From Syntrophaceae bacterium (lineage in GTDB: Bacteria > Desulfobacterota > Syntrophia > Syntrophales > Smithellaceae): a stretch of DNA of 64,000 nucleotides. Shown here piece by piece: positions 61,989 through 64,000 of the stretch. The stretch covers positions 3,266-67,265 of the forward strand of contig WRPE01000022.1 in NCBI GenBank assembly GCA_009773315.1, given 5' to 3'. The notes under the pieces are model-generated. The model made no database searches and was not told where the DNA came from. It saw nothing but the letters and a program-made list of their open reading frames with translations. Within the stretch, counting starts at the first letter, position 1, and each line of letters starts with the position of its first letter. The translations under genes were made by a program, and so were the position numbers.

Positions 61989-63428
61989 TCATCTTTTCCA
62001 GCAAACATCCGGTTTACGGGCGGCCAGGACTTCGTCAAGGCGGCTCACGGGTGTGGAAAGCGGTGCGTCTTTCACCCGTTGTGGATTTTCCTTGGCCTCT
62101 TGGGCAATGGCAATCATAGCGTCGCAGAAAGCGTCGAGCGTCTCTTTACTTTCCGTTTCGGTTGGTTCAATCATGAAGGCTTCGGGCACAATGAGCGGAA
62201 AATAAATAGTCGGCGGGTGATAACCGAAATCGATCAGCCGCTTGGCGATGTCGCTGGTATGCACGCCGCTTTGGGCAACTTGTCTATTGCCGGAAAAGAC
62301 GCTTTCGTGCATGCAGACGCGGTCGTAAGGCAGATCATAATAGGGTTTTAATTTTTCCTTGATGTAATTGGCGTTGAGCACGGCCATTTCGGTGGCACGC
62401 GTTAAGCCTTCTGCACCCAGTGAACAGATGTAGGTGTAGGCTTTTACGATCACGTTGAAGTTACCGTAAAAGGCGCGCACACGGCCAATTGTGTCGGGGA
62501 AATTCGCAGACCAGCTGTACGTTGACTCATTTTTAACAATGCGGGGTACCGGTAGATAATTAACCAGTGCTTCACTTACACCCACCGGGCCGCTGCCGGG
62601 GCCGCCGCCGCCATGCGGCGTGGCAAAAGTTTTGTGTAAATTAAGTTGAATAACATCAAAGTCCAGATCGCCGGGTCTGGTCTTGCCTAGAAAGGCGTTG
62701 GCGTTGGCGCCGTCGCCGTAAAGCAGGCCGCCCTTGCTGTGAACAATTTGCGCGACTTGTTCGATGTTGCGTTCAAAAAGCCCCAGCGTGTTAGGATTGG
62801 TTAGCATCAGCCCTGCGACATCTTCGGTCATTAAAGAGTTTAGATGTTCGATATCCACGCCGCCTTCCGGATTGGAACGCAGAGTGATGGTATCAAAGCC
62901 GCAAAGCGCGCCGGAGGCGGGATTGGTGCCGTGGGCGGTATCCGGGATCAGGATGGTGGGGCGTATCTGTCCCTTCGATTCAAAATATTTCTTGATCATC
63001 ATGACGCCGGCGAGTTCGCCGTGCGCGCCGGCTGCCGGTTGCAGGGTAAATTCCGCCATGCCGAAAATGCCGCATAAATATTTTTGCATTTCATAGAGCA
63101 ATTGCAAATTGCCCTGGGCAAATTCGTCTGACGCATTGGGATGCAATCCGGTGAAGCCCGGCAGGGCTGCAACATTTTCATTAATCTTGGGATTGTATTT
63201 CATGGTGCAGGAACCCAGCGGATAAAATCCCAGATCGACGCCGAAGTTGCGGCGCGATAAATTGGTGTAATGCCGCACCAGATCTATTTCCGCCACTTCC
63301 GGCAAATCCAGATCGTTCCGCAGATATTGCCTGCCGATGACATCATCGATATTAACGATCGGCACATCGCTTGCGGAAACATCCGCCGTGCTGCGTCCCG
63401 GTTTGCTGATTTCAAAAATGAGTTCCAT
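61989..63428 (-). CDS. gcvPB: Glycine dehydrogenase (decarboxylating) subunit 2
   Basis: 479 aa with [10 protein letters not shown] and [16 protein letters not shown] (PLP-Lys motif). Confidence 0.95.
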   Translation of the reverse strand: MELIFEISKPGRSTADVSASDVPIVNIDDVIGRQYLRNDLDLPEVAEIDLVRHYTNLSRRNFGVDLGFYPLGSCTMKYNPKINENVAALPGFTGLHPNASDEFAQGNLQLLYEMQKYLCGIFGMAEFTLQPAAGAHGELAGVMMIKKYFESKGQIRPTILIPDTAHGTNPASGALCGFDTITLRSNPEGGVDIEHLNSLMTEDVAGLMLTNPNTLGLFERNIEQVAQIVHSKGGLLYGDGANANAFLGKTRPGDLDFDVIQLNLHKTFATPHGGGGPGSGPVGVSEALVNYLPVPRIVKNESTYSWSANFPDTIGRVRAFYGNFNVIVKAYTYICSLGAEGLTRATEMAVLNANYIKEKLKPYYDLPYDRVCMHESVFSGNRQVAQSGVHTSDIAKRLIDFGYHPPTIYFPLIVPEAFMIEPTETESKETLDAFCDAMIAIAQEAKENPQRVKDAPLSTPVSRLDEVLAARKPDVCWKR

Positions 63429-63439
63429 TCACGTTCCCC

Positions 63440-64000
63440 CTATTTTACAATCTCCACCACATGATCCATGTCGTCTTTGGAGAGCATTTCTGTTGCGCAA
63501 AAGAGCAGTGTGTTATCCAGTTCCGGATAATCTTTTTGTAAATCATAAGCGCCGATCATTCCTTCCGCCCGCAGCTTTTCATTGACGGCCCGGGCATTGG
63601 GGCAGCGCAGGGCAAATTCGTTATAAACGGGGGCGGAAAAGACTTCTTTGAAACCATCAAGTTGTAAAAGTTTATTTTTAAAATATTGCGTTTTGTAAAT
63701 ATTAAGAGCAGCCAGCTTGCCCAGATTTTTTCCAAGTGCCGCCAGATAAACGCCTGCAGCCAGCGCGCAAAGTGCTTCATTGGAGCAGATGTTGGACGTG
63801 GCTTTCTCCCGGCGGATATGCTGCTCGCGGGTTTGCAAGGTCAACACAAATCCGCGCTTGCCATTTTTATCAACTGTCGCGCCGGCGAGCCGTCCCGGAA
63901 TACGGCGCAGAAATTTTTCACGCGCGGCAAAAACACCCAGATAAGGGCCGCCGTAATTGAGCGGATTGCCAAAGCTCTGTCCTTCGCCCACAACAAAATC
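63440..64000 (-). CDS. gcvPA: Glycine dehydrogenase (decarboxylating) subunit 1, C-terminal part (5' end outside the window)
   Basis: GNPLNYGGPYLGVFAAREKFLRRIPGRLAG...REQHIRREKATSNICSNEAL, directly upstream of gcvPB. Confidence 0.9.
   Translation of the reverse strand, partial: DFVVGEGQSFGNPLNYGGPYLGVFAAREKFLRRIPGRLAGATVDKNGKRGFVLTLQTREQHIRREKATSNICSNEALCALAAGVYLAALGKNLGKLAALNIYKTQYFKNKLLQLDGFKEVFSAPVYNEFALRCPNARAVNEKLRAEGMIGAYDLQKDYPELDNTLLFCATEMLSKDDMDHVVEIVK

Overview
This 64 kb window looks like a chromosomal segment of a dissimilatory sulfite/sulfate-reducing, Desulfobacterota-like bacterium. All calls come from reading the translated ORFs and the raw sequence; no database search was possible.

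The left quarter (1-18.7 kb, all minus strand) is a compact sulfur-respiration supercluster. Its order is dsrA-dsrB-dsrD-dsrN, dsrC, a paralogous DsrM/DsrK-like pair, and dsrMKJOP. A CoA-disulfide/persulfide-reductase-rhodanese gene follows, overlapping the dsrP stop. Then come acetate kinase, an Xsc-like sulfoacetaldehyde acetyltransferase, an SDR and a second ThDP enzyme.

A LysR regulator is divergent from dsrA. It is followed by a truncated aldehyde dehydrogenase remnant and an exported SdsA1-type alkyl sulfatase.

The rest is mostly housekeeping:
- envelope and translation: ccdA/tlpA, ettA
- nucleotide and cofactor synthesis: carB, queF, ribF, tmk
- DNA metabolism: xseAB, holB
- isoprenoid genes: ispA, dxs, tlyA, ispH
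- other: lpd, metG, asd, lipA, gcvPAB, tRNA-Leu

The most unusual content is a roughly 8 kb insertion between dxs and tlyA:
- Two tandem exported WD40-propeller/caspase (C14) fusion proteins, one with a PDZ domain, both with intact His/Cys dyads.
- A decayed RHH antitoxin gene and a decayed IS200/RAYT-like transposase fragment, each associated with short direct repeats.
- An acyl-CoA ligase.

Other points of interest:
- an IspH-UbiA-like fusion
- three copies of a roughly 105 nt intergenic repeat
- REP-like palindromes between dsrN and dsrC
- a 37 nt core shared by two structured intergenic regions
- a small Cys-rich/DsbC/cytochrome c operon
- a C-terminal gene fragment beside tRNA-Leu
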